Source of the DNA: an uncultured Chlamydiales bacterium
Lineage (GTDB): Bacteria > Chlamydiota > Chlamydiia > Chlamydiales > JAAKFR01
Reading direction: 5' to 3'
DNA length: 64,000 bases
Assembly (NCBI GenBank): GCA_963699155.1
Contig: OY969414.1
Location: 2,123,757 to 2,187,756 of the forward strand
This document shows positions 1 to 10,604 of this stretch, piece by piece. The stretch's first letter is position 1; each line of letters opens with the position of its first letter. Made by a program: the position numbers and the translations under genes. Below the pieces are notes generated by a model, which ran no database searches, was not told the origin of the DNA, and worked only from the letters and a program-made list of their open reading frames with translations.

Positions 1-3
1 AAA

Positions 4-771
4 ATGGGTGTTTTTGCCCTCTATTATCTGCTCACCAAAATGGGAATCTATTCAGATGGAGCCTCCAATTTTAGCTATAAGAAGGAGATCGAATTTGTCG
101 ATGGTGAATCGACAGAAACGCATAAGAAGCGGCTCGATGAGATGAAAGAGGCGATAGCCAAGGAGCAAGAAAATGCGCGCTGGGGAGTGGCAACGAAGGT
201 CTTCTCATGGATTGGTTCCATTATGGCCATCGTAGTGGGCGTCGTCCTCATTGCCACAGGTGTAGGTGCGGTTGCCGGAGCAATGGCGATCGCGGGTGGT
301 TTGATCCAGATCACCAATCAAATTTTAGAGATGACGGGCGGCTGGAAAAAGATTGCTGAGCTACTTCCGGGGGATGATAGCGAAAAGAAAGGGGCGGTGA
401 TTGCCTGGATGCAGCTCGGCATTGCCGTGCTCTGCTTGATCCTAACCGGTGTAGGCGCCATTTGGGGGGGCATTTCCAATTTTGGCGAAGCGATGTCCTC
501 GATCACAGGTATCATCGGAAGTATCGCCGGCATGGCGCAAGGCATCACGACGATTGGCGCTGGGGTTAGCTCCTTTATGTTTAGTAACCACATGAGCGAG
601 GTGAAAAGATATGAGGTGAGAATCGCCCAGTTGAAACACCTGCGTAAAGATCTGATGGAAAAGGTGGAAGATGGGGTCGACCGTCTCGAACAGCTCTTCG
701 AGAATCTCGCGCGTGCGCTGGAATTTGACGAAGAATTATTCTATGCAGATCAGATGCTATATAGAAGGTAG
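4..771 (+). CDS. T3SS translocator, CopB/CopB2 (SseC/YopB-like); may begin upstream of the window
   Basis: Two long Gly/Ala-rich hydrophobic segments flanked by coiled-coil regions; lies next to a CopD-like gene, ispH and CPAF as in the chlamydial CT861-CT858 locus. Confidence 0.7.
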   Translation: MGVFALYYLLTKMGIYSDGASNFSYKKEIEFVDGESTETHKKRLDEMKEAIAKEQENARWGVATKVFSWIGSIMAIVVGVVLIATGVGAVAGAMAIAGGLIQITNQILEMTGGWKKIAELLPGDDSEKKGAVIAWMQLGIAVLCLILTGVGAIWGGISNFGEAMSSITGIIGSIAGMAQGITTIGAGVSSFMFSNHMSEVKRYEVRIAQLKHLRKDLMEKVEDGVDRLEQLFENLARALEFDEELFYADQMLYRR

Positions 772-773
772 TT

Positions 774-2174
774 ATGGGATTTTCGATCGATAGCTCCCAA
801 GCGGCAAGCACCATTTTGGCAGAGCTTTCTCTCGCAGAAGCTCAAGAGGGGGAAAATCCCGATATCGAGGGGCTCACGACACCCCAAGAGCAGATTGCAC
901 CAGAGCAGCTGCAACAAGGGACTCTACGTGGTCAAACAAAAGAGTTTCTCTTCATCAAAGAGCAGATTTCTGACATTCCACGTAAGCTCTCAGATTCTAT
1001 CCACGAGATGAATCAACCCCGTCTACTGAAATTGGCCGACCCCAAAAGTGGTCTCCACCATTTGGCCTTTAAAGAGAGCCTCATCAAAGAAAAGACCTTC
1101 AAAACATTGGAGACCCACTCCCAACAACCGCTTGAGACGGCCAAACAGCAGCCAACACAAGAAATGGCTAAGCCGACACAACCCCTTCCCAAACCCCATG
1201 ACAAAGCGGATCAAGCAGCACGCCACTCTCTCAGCAGAGCGCAAGTGCCCCCTTCTTCTGCGCAGATCCGTCAGAGTCAGGCACGTCAGCAGCAGAGTAG
1301 CGCTAAACCCCTCGAGCAGCGTCTCCATCGAGAAGTGCAAAGGCAAGAGCGGGTCTCTAGAGAGAAAAGTGAAAGCCGCTCAGCTGAACGCTCTTCTCTG
1401 CCCCAAGAGCCTACCAAAACGAACAAACCAGTAGAGCGGGAACCACAAGCTAAGGAGCAACGTGAAGAAGAGGAGGGTTTCGCAGGCGGTCAGCAGCAGG
1501 GTCAACAAGATTCTGACGGAGATGACGAGGCCTCAACCGGCAAAAAATCAGTAGAGCCCATCACAGCCCAGGAATTTGATAGTTATGCAGCTGAAGAGTC
1601 GATCCTCACTCAGATTTTCAATATGCGCATCTCTCAATTTGATGTGCTCATCCTCTTTATCGAGATCCTGAAACTGGATATTAAAAGCCGCGAACTGCAC
1701 AAGCTTGCGCGTCGACAAGAGCGAGAGATGCAGATCAAGCACATGCAAGAGGTGGTCGAGAACTATAAGAAGCAGGGTAAAGATCAGCTCTTTGCCAGTA
1801 TCGGCTCAGGGCTCCTTGGCATTATCTCAGGCATTGCACCCGTTGCTGGCCACATGAAAGGCGATTGGATCCTCGAGAAGCTGGGCGGCTTTTTCACCTC
1901 GTTGCGCGACATGAAAAAAGATCAATTCTTCAAATCGATACAGAAAATCACCCACACAATGTCAGAGATGCAAAAAGGCTACGGCGAGATCCAGAACCGC
2001 TTCTCCGAATCCCACCGTACCTACGACCAGCACATGTCCGAACTCTACCGTGCCGACTGGGAAGAGAGCACCCGCACCCTCGACGACATCAAAGAGAACT
2101 GGAAAGGCATCGAAAACTTCCTCTACCAGTCCCTCCAGATGTACCACGACGCCATCCGCTCCCTTTACAATTGA
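774..2174 (+). CDS. T3SS translocator CopD2-like protein with a long Q/E/S-rich N-terminal half
   Basis: Starts 2 bp after the copB-like gene; one hydrophobic segment (LFASIGSGLLGIISGIAPV) followed by a coiled coil; synteny. Confidence 0.55.
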   Translation: MGFSIDSSQAASTILAELSLAEAQEGENPDIEGLTTPQEQIAPEQLQQGTLRGQTKEFLFIKEQISDIPRKLSDSIHEMNQPRLLKLADPKSGLHHLAFKESLIKEKTFKTLETHSQQPLETAKQQPTQEMAKPTQPLPKPHDKADQAARHSLSRAQVPPSSAQIRQSQARQQQSSAKPLEQRLHREVQRQERVSREKSESRSAERSSLPQEPTKTNKPVEREPQAKEQREEEEGFAGGQQQGQQDSDGDDEASTGKKSVEPITAQEFDSYAAEESILTQIFNMRISQFDVLILFIEILKLDIKSRELHKLARRQEREMQIKHMQEVVENYKKQGKDQLFASIGSGLLGIISGIAPVAGHMKGDWILEKLGGFFTSLRDMKKDQFFKSIQKITHTMSEMQKGYGEIQNRFSESHRTYDQHMSELYRADWEESTRTLDDIKENWKGIENFLYQSLQMYHDAIRSLYN

Positions 2175-2322
2175 GGACTAGCATTGAGTAATCGGCACTC
2201 GGCTGCGCCTTGACCAAAGACCCGACAAAAAGCACAGTCGCCTTTTAGCCGAAATCGTTTGCTTCTTTACTTAATTTCTTCAAATATCTCTTCACTGCTT
2301 CTTTAAACCCCAAGGAGAAAAA

Positions 2323-4134
2323 ATGGCACAACCCCCTGGCATCCCACCAACACTTCCACTGCTTACCATTGCTCCTCAATATCTTCAACCCGGCCAAATT
2401 GTTCAGCAAGCTGCTCAACCCTTACCCATTCCGGCGGCACAGTATATTCTACAGGTAGCACCGCAACCGCAACTGATACCACAGCCCCCTGCTCTGCCAA
2501 CAGCTCCTTTGCAACCGCAACAACAACAGGGGGAAATCGGTGGCACAAGTACGTTACGTAGCATTAGAGCTCGATTATCAGGTTATTACGACGCTGGTGA
2601 AGTGCAGATCATCAATGCTTTAGTAAAAGCTTATAGAGAGATTTTTGGTGAAGAACCCCCTCTTTATCTACTCATTGGCGACAATAGCACTCCTATACAT
2701 TTGCCGGCACAGCTGGGAGATCCAAGCAGATATGGAAACGCTCTAGAATTCCGACTCGAGCCCACACCCGTCAATAATGATGGAGCTTTGACACGATTAA
2801 TCGAGATTATTTGTACCTTTCAAAAATCGATCACTCAAACACAGGACACTATTCCAGAAAATCCCTTTAGCCTTTTTTGTGAGTCTCTCAAAAGAAAAAT
2901 TCAACTGGTCTCAACAAATAAGGATATGAGCTCTGCTATTCGTGATCTGGATCGTCTCTATAGGTATATATTAGCAGCCAAACAAATCTATATGAAAACT
3001 GAGTTTCTCAATGATGTTGCACCTGCATGTTTTGAAATACTTAAAAAATTTCGACAAGTGGGCCAAGCGGCTGAGAAAGCTCAAAGACAAGAACCCATTG
3101 AAACGAAGCTCGTTGAAGCGAAAACACTCATTCTCCATGTGATCAATGAAATCGAGCGCTATGATCGGGCACTTATCAAACATAAATCTTTCACTACGAG
3201 TCAATTGGAAGTTATGATTACCATGAACGATCAGGAAATGAAGTTAGGCGATGTTCTTGTGGAAGTCAGGAGAATTGTTGAAAATTTAGAGATGAACTCA
3301 TTATCACTTCTCTATCAAACTGTAGAATTTTTATCAGCATTATTGGATCAATTTCAGCGATTTCATGATTCAGTTTTAGAAGGAAAGAAATATGGAATTA
3401 TTCTCAAAAAAGATAAAACGGACGCAGAAAAGGAATTTTTGACAGATCCCCTATTTGATTCTTGTTATGTGGAAATAGTATCAAAACTCCGACCTAAGCT
3501 CTTGGAACAACTGCAGAGCATTCTTACTGCTTATCAAGAGAGAAAATTTGCGCCTGCACCCTTTATTTTTTCCGATCAAACACCCTCTTTTCCCCTCCTT
3601 CCACCTGTCACCAGAAAAAGACCACCTCCCGAGCGCGATCTACCTCCTTCCAAACGCCCCCGTGTCATCGAGGACATTCCTTCTGCCTCTCGTCAATTAG
3701 AGGAAATTGCATCTCGTGAAGGGATGCAGTGTGTGGATGTTGGAGCGGACGGCAACTGTTTTTATTATGCTATGGCACATCAATTAGCGTTGCACGGATT
3801 TCCAGGATATACCAATGAATCCTTGCGCTCTCTGGCTGCTCAAACACTCACATCCCAAAAAGAGGTCTATCGCGAAGTCATCGCAGAGCGTCTAGCTCCC
3901 ACAGAAACATATGATGATTACATCTACAAAGTTCGTAATTCGAATATGTGGGTTGACGCACCTGAGATACAAGCTCTTGCCAATTTTTTTAATGTCAACT
4001 TTACCATTCTTCAAAGTGATGGCTTAAGGTCCATGAATATAGAGCCTGCTGGCGGAAGATCTCCCAAAACCCTCCACTTAGGCTATATTATCGGTTTGCA
4101 TTATGTTTCCCTCGTTCGTAAATCATCCGAATAG
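2323..4134 (+). CDS. OTU-domain cysteine protease (deubiquitinase-like) candidate effector
   Basis: C-terminal DGNCFYYAMAHQL...W...HYVSL OTU motifs; Pro/Gln-rich N-terminus; AGGAG RBS. Confidence 0.8.
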   Translation: MAQPPGIPPTLPLLTIAPQYLQPGQIVQQAAQPLPIPAAQYILQVAPQPQLIPQPPALPTAPLQPQQQQGEIGGTSTLRSIRARLSGYYDAGEVQIINALVKAYREIFGEEPPLYLLIGDNSTPIHLPAQLGDPSRYGNALEFRLEPTPVNNDGALTRLIEIICTFQKSITQTQDTIPENPFSLFCESLKRKIQLVSTNKDMSSAIRDLDRLYRYILAAKQIYMKTEFLNDVAPACFEILKKFRQVGQAAEKAQRQEPIETKLVEAKTLILHVINEIERYDRALIKHKSFTTSQLEVMITMNDQEMKLGDVLVEVRRIVENLEMNSLSLLYQTVEFLSALLDQFQRFHDSVLEGKKYGIILKKDKTDAEKEFLTDPLFDSCYVEIVSKLRPKLLEQLQSILTAYQERKFAPAPFIFSDQTPSFPLLPPVTRKRPPPERDLPPSKRPRVIEDIPSASRQLEEIASREGMQCVDVGADGNCFYYAMAHQLALHGFPGYTNESLRSLAAQTLTSQKEVYREVIAERLAPTETYDDYIYKVRNSNMWVDAPEIQALANFFNVNFTILQSDGLRSMNIEPAGGRSPKTLHLGYIIGLHYVSLVRKSSE

Positions 4135-4164
4135 TCGAATGGGCCGAGTGCGGCGAACAGGTAT

Positions 4165-4893
4165 TTAAAGCTTCTGGTTTAGATAGACGGTGGCGATGCC
4201 CCAGGGGTAGCGGGCTTTGAAGGAGTGGGTAAGTTTGAAGAGTTTGCCCTGGTAGTAGTCGGTGAGGGGGTAGCTGACGGTGATGAGGCGGGTGCCTGGA
4301 TGTAGGGTTTGGAAGCGGTTGAGCAGCTGATGGATGATCCGATCTTCTAGGCAGGTGCCGTAGAGGTAGATGACGGTTGCGGGGGTGTAGTCGACTTCGA
4401 GGAAGTCGCAGTGGCGGAAATCGATGTGGCGGAGGTTGAGCTGCTTTTTGATGGAGGTGGCTTTAGAGATGAAGGTGGGCACGTAATCGATGCCGACGAC
4501 TCGGCAGTTAATGAGGGTGCGGAGCCAAAAGCAGGTGCGACCCGAACCGGAGCCCAATTCGTAGACGAGATCATTGGAGAGGATGTGAGCGTGGCGCGCA
4601 ATGGTGTCGAGAGTGGTCAGGGGTGTCTCGCCAAATTGATAGAGGTTGGTGGCTCCCTTTTTGGCGAGAAAAGCTTTGCTGTGTCTGTGAGGATTCTTAA
4701 AGAGATAGTGCCAGGCGAGCAGCAGATCGCATCGGAGAAAGAGAGCGCTTTTGGGGTAGTATTTCATAGCCACGCGTAAGGCTTCGCGTAGGCGGAAAAA
4801 AGTGGTCCACAGGTTAAAGAGGAAGTGGTTAACCAACGGTCTGAAGTTGCTTCGGAATTTGGAAAACAACATCTTCGGTTGTGAAGACGACAT
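4165..4893 (-). CDS. Class I SAM-dependent methyltransferase; true start uncertain (ORF overlaps ispH by 65 bp)
   Basis: ELGSGSG motif I, VVGID, DFL and VIYLYG motifs. Confidence 0.8.
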   Translation of the reverse strand: MSSSQPKMLFSKFRSNFRPLVNHFLFNLWTTFFRLREALRVAMKYYPKSALFLRCDLLLAWHYLFKNPHRHSKAFLAKKGATNLYQFGETPLTTLDTIARHAHILSNDLVYELGSGSGRTCFWLRTLINCRVVGIDYVPTFISKATSIKKQLNLRHIDFRHCDFLEVDYTPATVIYLYGTCLEDRIIHQLLNRFQTLHPGTRLITVSYPLTDYYQGKLFKLTHSFKARYPWGIATVYLNQKL

Positions 4894-5758
4894 CTTCGAC
4901 CTCCTTTACACCGAGCTGGATCAGCCTCTCGATACAGAGCTGGACAATGTTTTCGGGTGTGGAGGCACCCGCTGTCAAACCGATCGTCTCGACACCGGTG
5001 AGCCACTCAGCATTGATCTCTTCGGGGCCATTGATCAGATAGGCATTGATTCCCCGATTTTTGGCCACTTCTCGGAGCCGGTTGGAATTGGAACTTTTGG
5101 GGTCGCCGATAACGAGCACGAGATCGGTCTCGTCGGTAATCTCTCTCAAGGCCATCTGTCGATTGGTTGTCGCATAACAGATCGATGAGCTAGCCAACGT
5201 TTCAATCTGCGGAAAGCGCTCCACCAAGGCTGCCGTGATATCGGCGACATCATCGAGGCTCAAAGTGGTCTGGGTGATATAGAAGAGCTTGTCGGTGCGT
5301 GAAAAGGGCAGTTTGGCCACATCTTCTGGCGATTCGACAATCGTCGTCTGCTCCGGTGCTTCACCCGCCGTACCAATTGTCTCGACATGGTTGCGGTGTC
5401 CGATCAAGATGATCTGGTATCCTTTGTCGGCAAACCGTTTCGCTGCGGAGTGGACCTTGGTCACCAAGCCACAGGTGGCATCGATTTCCAGAAGCCCACG
5501 CGCCTTTGCCTCTTCACGCACTGAGGGGGGAACTCCATGTGCAGAGTAGATGAGCCGAGCCCCCACAGGGACATCCTTGAGATCTTCGATAAAAATAGCC
5601 CCCTTTTTCCTGAGGCTATCCACGACATGCCGGTTATGGACAATTTCGTGCTTCACATAGATCGGTGGGCCCCATTTTTCGAGGGCTTTTTCGACAATTT
5701 CGATGGCCCGTACGACACCAGCACAAAAGCCACGCGGTTTGGAAAGCAGAAGTCTCAT
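4829..5758 (-). CDS. ispH: 4-hydroxy-3-methylbut-2-enyl diphosphate reductase
   Basis: PRGFCAGV, HEIVHN, SAHG, DATC, TQTT, ICYATTNRQ, SSNS and TAGASTP motifs. Confidence 0.97.
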   Translation of the reverse strand: MRLLLSKPRGFCAGVVRAIEIVEKALEKWGPPIYVKHEIVHNRHVVDSLRKKGAIFIEDLKDVPVGARLIYSAHGVPPSVREEAKARGLLEIDATCGLVTKVHSAAKRFADKGYQIILIGHRNHVETIGTAGEAPEQTTIVESPEDVAKLPFSRTDKLFYITQTTLSLDDVADITAALVERFPQIETLASSSICYATTNRQMALREITDETDLVLVIGDPKSSNSNRLREVAKNRGINAYLINGPEEINAEWLTGVETIGLTAGASTPENIVQLCIERLIQLGVKEVEDVVFTTEDVVFQIPKQLQTVG

Positions 5759-5759
5759 C

Positions 5760-7511
5760 TCAACGACCAGCTGCTAATGACTCAACCGTACTGACGATCG
5801 CTTCGGCATACTCTCTAAACTCTTCCTGGAGGTCAGTCGCACTGAGATTGTATTGAATATCGGGAACGATGCCGAGATTTTCTATCGGTTGTTGACCGAT
5901 CCTTTTGGCAAGTGAGCCCGTCATCTGAAATCCTTTAATCCCCGAATGGTTGGGGTAGCTGGTGGTGAGAACATAACCACCCGCACCTGCGGTTCGCGTT
6001 CCAAAGACCAGTGCCCGCTCATTATCTTGAAGGATGGCAGGGAAGAAGTCACCTCCAGAAAAATCGAGGCTATTGATGAGAAGAAGGATCGGCTTAGTAT
6101 AGCGGTAACTAGGGTGGGGACAAATATCGTCGACGCCAAATAGGAAGGTTGGGTCACTGTACATCTTTCCCTCTTCCCACTGCTTGACGAGGAAATTGCA
6201 GAACTGCTTCATCAAACGGACAAACTGGAAATCGACAGGATAGCCACCGATACTATCTCCGAGCACTTTACGGGCCGTTTCATCATTCGTCACCTGCTCT
6301 AGATAGGGCATCATCTGATTGGCCACATAGATCTCCTCCTGAGTCATCGCAATATGGTGCTTAGGCGTATGCAGTGGTTTGTTGGTCAAGGTAGAGGCTA
6401 AGGCATAGAGATAGAAAACCGAACCACCCGGATTGTTGATCTGATCGATCACCAGAGCATCGGTTCTTTTCTCGAAGAAGTTCATCGTCAATCCAAACTC
6501 CTCTACCTCCTCCTCGTCGCCAATGTAGTGAGGGAGGCGGATATAGCCGATCCTTTTCCCTGATGGGGTCTCAAAGATATAGGCATCAAAGATCGCATCT
6601 TTATTCGCTTTCCACGTTCTCTGACCGAGCTCAGGAATAAAGCTGGTACGGGCGCCTAAAGCATGTCTGTTCATCTCTGTAAAGCCGCCGACGTAGGACT
6701 TATCCCACATGTGGGAGACCATGAACTTTTCAAAGAAGTGGCTTTTGCTGATCAGCGTATTTAAATCATGGACTTGATTTCGGCCCGCTTCAGAAAGAAT
6801 CGAGGGCTCTACTTGAATGCCGAGCTTTGAAAAATCGCGAATTTTTTCAGGATTGTGGCGCCACGTGAGAGTCGTTTTGATCGGAGCAGTGCTGCCTTTT
6901 TTGATCCCGGTCACTTCCACCTTACCTTGAGGGATCATCTGTCCCATATCCCCTCTACGGTGGGTCAGAGAGAGTTCAGCTAACGCCTGGTCAGTCTCGA
7001 TAGTATTCGCGCCAAACTCACGGATGCGGAGCTGTTCGATGACCTCATGAATCGGCTTTCCGCCGAAGGTGAGCAGCTCATCACCCTCCTCGAAGGGAAA
7101 TTCTCGATGATTTGTCTCTTTTTCATCCACAAAACAGACAAAGTATCTTCCTTCAGCCCCTTTCACTAAAAAGGGAAGGGAGGAGCTCTCAGTTGAGAAG
7201 AAGCGGATCCCAACATGGTAGTCACGGGTCGAATTGAAGAAATCGCGCAGGACAACCTGGCACTCTTTCAGGCTCACCGCCTGTTGTGAGGAGATTTTAC
7301 TCTTAGCATCAGCGATGGCTCGATCCAATTCCCAGCCAGCAAATTGCTCTTTCCACTGCTTGGGCGCATACTTCACATCGAAGATGCTCTGGATGCAATC
7401 GAGATCGGCTAGTACCCTCTTTTTGAGCATCCCATTCGGTGCACTAGCAGAGAGCGTCGCGCACAAGAGAAAGCTGACAATTACCGAACCAAGAAAAGGC
7501 CTATATTTCAT
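5760..7511 (-). CDS. cpa: Chlamydial protease-like activity factor CPAF (S41 family)
   Basis: Signal peptide; YAPKQWK, DYH (His), IDQINNPGG, DFSGGDFFPAILQDN (Ser), GTRTAGAGG, IENLG (Glu); adjacent to ispH. Confidence 0.92.
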   Translation of the reverse strand: MKYRPFLGSVIVSFLLCATLSASAPNGMLKKRVLADLDCIQSIFDVKYAPKQWKEQFAGWELDRAIADAKSKISSQQAVSLKECQVVLRDFFNSTRDYHVGIRFFSTESSSLPFLVKGAEGRYFVCFVDEKETNHREFPFEEGDELLTFGGKPIHEVIEQLRIREFGANTIETDQALAELSLTHRRGDMGQMIPQGKVEVTGIKKGSTAPIKTTLTWRHNPEKIRDFSKLGIQVEPSILSEAGRNQVHDLNTLISKSHFFEKFMVSHMWDKSYVGGFTEMNRHALGARTSFIPELGQRTWKANKDAIFDAYIFETPSGKRIGYIRLPHYIGDEEEVEEFGLTMNFFEKRTDALVIDQINNPGGSVFYLYALASTLTNKPLHTPKHHIAMTQEEIYVANQMMPYLEQVTNDETARKVLGDSIGGYPVDFQFVRLMKQFCNFLVKQWEEGKMYSDPTFLFGVDDICPHPSYRYTKPILLLINSLDFSGGDFFPAILQDNERALVFGTRTAGAGGYVLTTSYPNHSGIKGFQMTGSLAKRIGQQPIENLGIVPDIQYNLSATDLQEEFREYAEAIVSTVESLAAGR

Positions 7512-7623
7512 AACTCCTCACACTGAAAACTAATGACCCACGATTTTTTCTTAGAAAGAGGTAAAAGTCAAGTAGATAACCTCAGAAGTATAAAATAATA
7601 ATTATTTATGATATGATCAGACT

Positions 7624-7956
7624 ATGCTCATATTATCAGAAAAAAAATGTCTACCCTGTGAAGGGGGCGTCGCACCCCTGAAAGGAAAAAAACTCTTAGA
7701 ATATGCTCAAGTCGTCGGCAGTGAGTGGAAAGTGGTGAATGATCTCCAGCTCGAGCGAGTGTTCAAATTCAAAGACTTTAAAGAAGCGCTCTCCTTCGCC
7801 AATAAAGTGGGCGCCATCGCCGAAGAGGAGCAGCACCATCCCGATATTGAGCTCGGCTGGGGAAGGGTCAAAATCACCCTCTGGACCCACGCCATCAATG
7901 GCCTCAGCGAGAACGACTTCATCATCGCCGCCAAAATCAATCATTTGACTGCTTAA
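7624..7956 (+). CDS. phhB: Pterin-4-alpha-carbinolamine dehydratase
   Basis: CxPCEGG, FKDF, HHPDI, WTHAINGLSENDFI motifs. Confidence 0.93.
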   Translation: MLILSEKKCLPCEGGVAPLKGKKLLEYAQVVGSEWKVVNDLQLERVFKFKDFKEALSFANKVGAIAEEEQHHPDIELGWGRVKITLWTHAINGLSENDFIIAAKINHLTA

Positions 7957-8073
7957 ATTTTGTTTTAACCCCGAAAAATCACCCTCTTTGCCAGCTTCGC
8001 CATTCCCTCAATGCAAAAATCCCTTTAAAAAAATGAGCCAATAATTATGTTCTTTTTTTTAGGAGGTATTATA

Positions 8074-9085
8074 ATGAGAAGTCTGTTCGTTGCCTTGATA
8101 GCACTGTTGCTTTTTTCTGGTTCACTCTCTGCGCAGTATGGTTGTCCTGGGGGTCCCTTAAATTCTTTAAACAATCCCGGTGGCTTCTATATTAGGAGGA
8201 ACTTGGATCTATGCCGTTCCCAGCTCAGCTGGTTTTGGAGGAGCTGTCTTTAGCAATCAGTTTGCGATCCCTGGCGGCGTCCGCTCTGAGAACGTACTTC
8301 GTAACCCTCATTATAAAAGCGCCTATTCAGTTCAGGTTGGCTACGATTTTCCCTGCTCGGCCAACAACCTCGAAGTGGAATACACACATTTATTCAATAC
8401 AAAGAAGAATGTAAACACCAACCAAGACAATCTCGTCTCTTTTACGGGCTATGCATTCGTTGACGGGACTATTCCCATCGCTCCTGGTGAGCCTCTTGCC
8501 GCTGTTGAGAGAGCTAGACTAAAGTTCGATCAAGTTGACGTTACAGGTGGCCATCGCTTTATCACCTGTTCTGGCTGTTTGCAGTTACATCCTTTTATTG
8601 GTGTCCGCTATAGCGATTTACGGATTACTATCCCCTTCAACACTCAACTTGCAGGTATAGCCTTCAACGAGGGTATTTTCAAAACCAAATTTTGGGGTGT
8701 GGGACCTTTGGCGGGGATGGATTTTTTTTATGGAATTTGCAAGGGCCTAGGCATAGTCGGACGAGCAGACAGCTCTATCTTGATGGGGAGTGCTAAATTC
8801 TTTTCTTCTATCACTACGCTCGGATTCGTCCAAGAATTTGCATCTCCGAATCAAGATCGCGCGGTCTGTACGTTTGGAGGACGGCTTGGACTTGCCTACA
8901 ACTATTTCTTCTGTAACCGATCGAGAGTTAAGCTTGAGGTAGGCTACCAAGCCAATGTCTATTTGGATCCTCTTGACATCCTAGTCGGAACTGTATCCCC
9001 ACCAACCGACCAAAAGATTTCGAATATCGAAGCCCTCAACTTCTCCTATACAGGCCCCTATATCAACCTCACCTGGCATCTATAG
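8074..9085 (+). pseudogene. Lpg1974-like beta-barrel outer-membrane porin, split by a +1 frameshift near 8191-8194
   Basis: AGGAGG (8061-8066) precedes ATG 8074 and a signal peptide ending ...NPGGFYI; the reading continues GGTWIYAVPS in another frame; amphipathic beta strands and C-terminal GPYINLTWHL. Confidence 0.7.
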
Positions 9086-9106
9086 GTAGAAAAGAGGCTC
9101 TCGCCT

Positions 9107-10536
9107 TCACCAACAAGGTGGGGGCCGAAGAGGGGCTAATAGCGCAATTTTAAATCGTGCCCAGGCTCTGCGAAAGGGGCCCTTGATGAGGTCCGCTGTT
9201 CTGTAGGCCCCTTCTCGACTGGTTTTCAACTCCTCACCCACAATCGCAAAGTAGACCCTACTTGAATGAAAGCGAGAATCAGATGCATTTTTCTTTGCAG
9301 CCTCTAGATCAAGAGTAGCCACCTCTGCTTCTGCAAGAAGAGAAGTTAAATCTGCACCGTAGTCATGATAATCGATGGATTGGCTAAGTGCAGCAATGAG
9401 CGACCTTATTGCGCTTTGAGAATTTTTGATGTTATTGAAGATATCTTTGAAGAGATGATAACTTTGATTCATATCTTCAGTAGCTCTTCTTTTAGCTAGT
9501 TCAACCATTCTGTCAAGTGTGATCTCTGAACACTCTGGATCATAAGTCAGTTCTAATTCAAAAACATTTAAAAGCATTCCTAGCTCATCCATAGGTCCTG
9601 AATACCGGAGAGATTTCAGAAGGGCTACCGTATGTTTGGCATCTTCATGAGCACCTAATTGAAATTGGAAAGATGCAATGTGCAATAGCCCAATTCGTTG
9701 AAGAGCTTCTTCAAGGGTTTGAACCATTTGCGTTGCTTGGAGTAGGATGGCTTTTTTTTGCTCCTTGTTTTCTTCCAATCTTAGCTGTAAAAGGATACTG
9801 GGATAGGCTCTTAGCGCTTCATGTTGGATCTTCCCCAGCACATCAATCGCTTTCTCAATCTGGCCTTGATTGACATAAAAGGCGGCCAGATCTGAAAGAG
9901 CGCCATCGCGCATAGTTTGTGGCAAACCATCGAACGCTACCGAGTTAAAAGCATTCCCTGCTAGTTCCTCGCTTTGCTCAGGTGCCAATCGAACTGAAGC
10001 TCGGAGCAAAACCATCCAATGCTCAAAACCGCGATAATCATCAGAAATGGCTCTCCTCAGCTCCATAAGTGTCGAAGAGGCTAAACTTGGGTCAATCTGG
10101 AATTCATACTCTGCGATTTGAAGCCCTGTCCTCAGTAAATAGACTGAACTGAAATTTCCAGATCCAATCATAGCCTTTAAAAGTTCTTTTGCCAGAGCAA
10201 CCAGTAGACTCTTTCTTTGCGGCCTTGAGCAATGAGGAATCAGATCTAAGTAAAATTCTATTTTATCATTAGAATCTACAGCCCTATTGGCGATAGCCTC
10301 TACTTCTCTTGCAAAGGCTCGATCGACAAGATTTGCCCCTCCTTGATCTAATAGATCCCGAATTGATCTACAGACTAAGCCGCAATCCAGCAACTGGCGA
10401 TTAGTTAAAAATCCCATGACAGTGCATTGAAGCTCTGCGGCGAGAGCAAGGAGTAGAGAAAAGAGGGCGCCGCCTCCCCTTTTTCTTCTGTAGGCTACTG
10501 AGTCACTGCTTGATGATCTGCGGGTCTGATAGCCAT
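9107..10536 (-). CDS. F-box protein with a TPR-like helical solenoid; 5' end appears disrupted
   Basis: In frame upstream of Met 10417: LLLALAAELQCTVMGFLTNRQLLDCGLVCR (F-box-like); the RBS-preceded ATG at 10536 is out of frame and meets TAG after 13 codons. Confidence 0.55.
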
Positions 10537-10604
10537 TTTTATCTCCGAATTAAAAAATTTAGATATATTTTATCATATTCAAATTAATGTTTGATAAAGG
10601 AAGG

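Noticed and set aside
2195..4151. 9-bp inverted repeat gcactcggc / gccgagtgc flanking the OTU gene
   Set aside because: Too short to distinguish from chance; no target duplication seen
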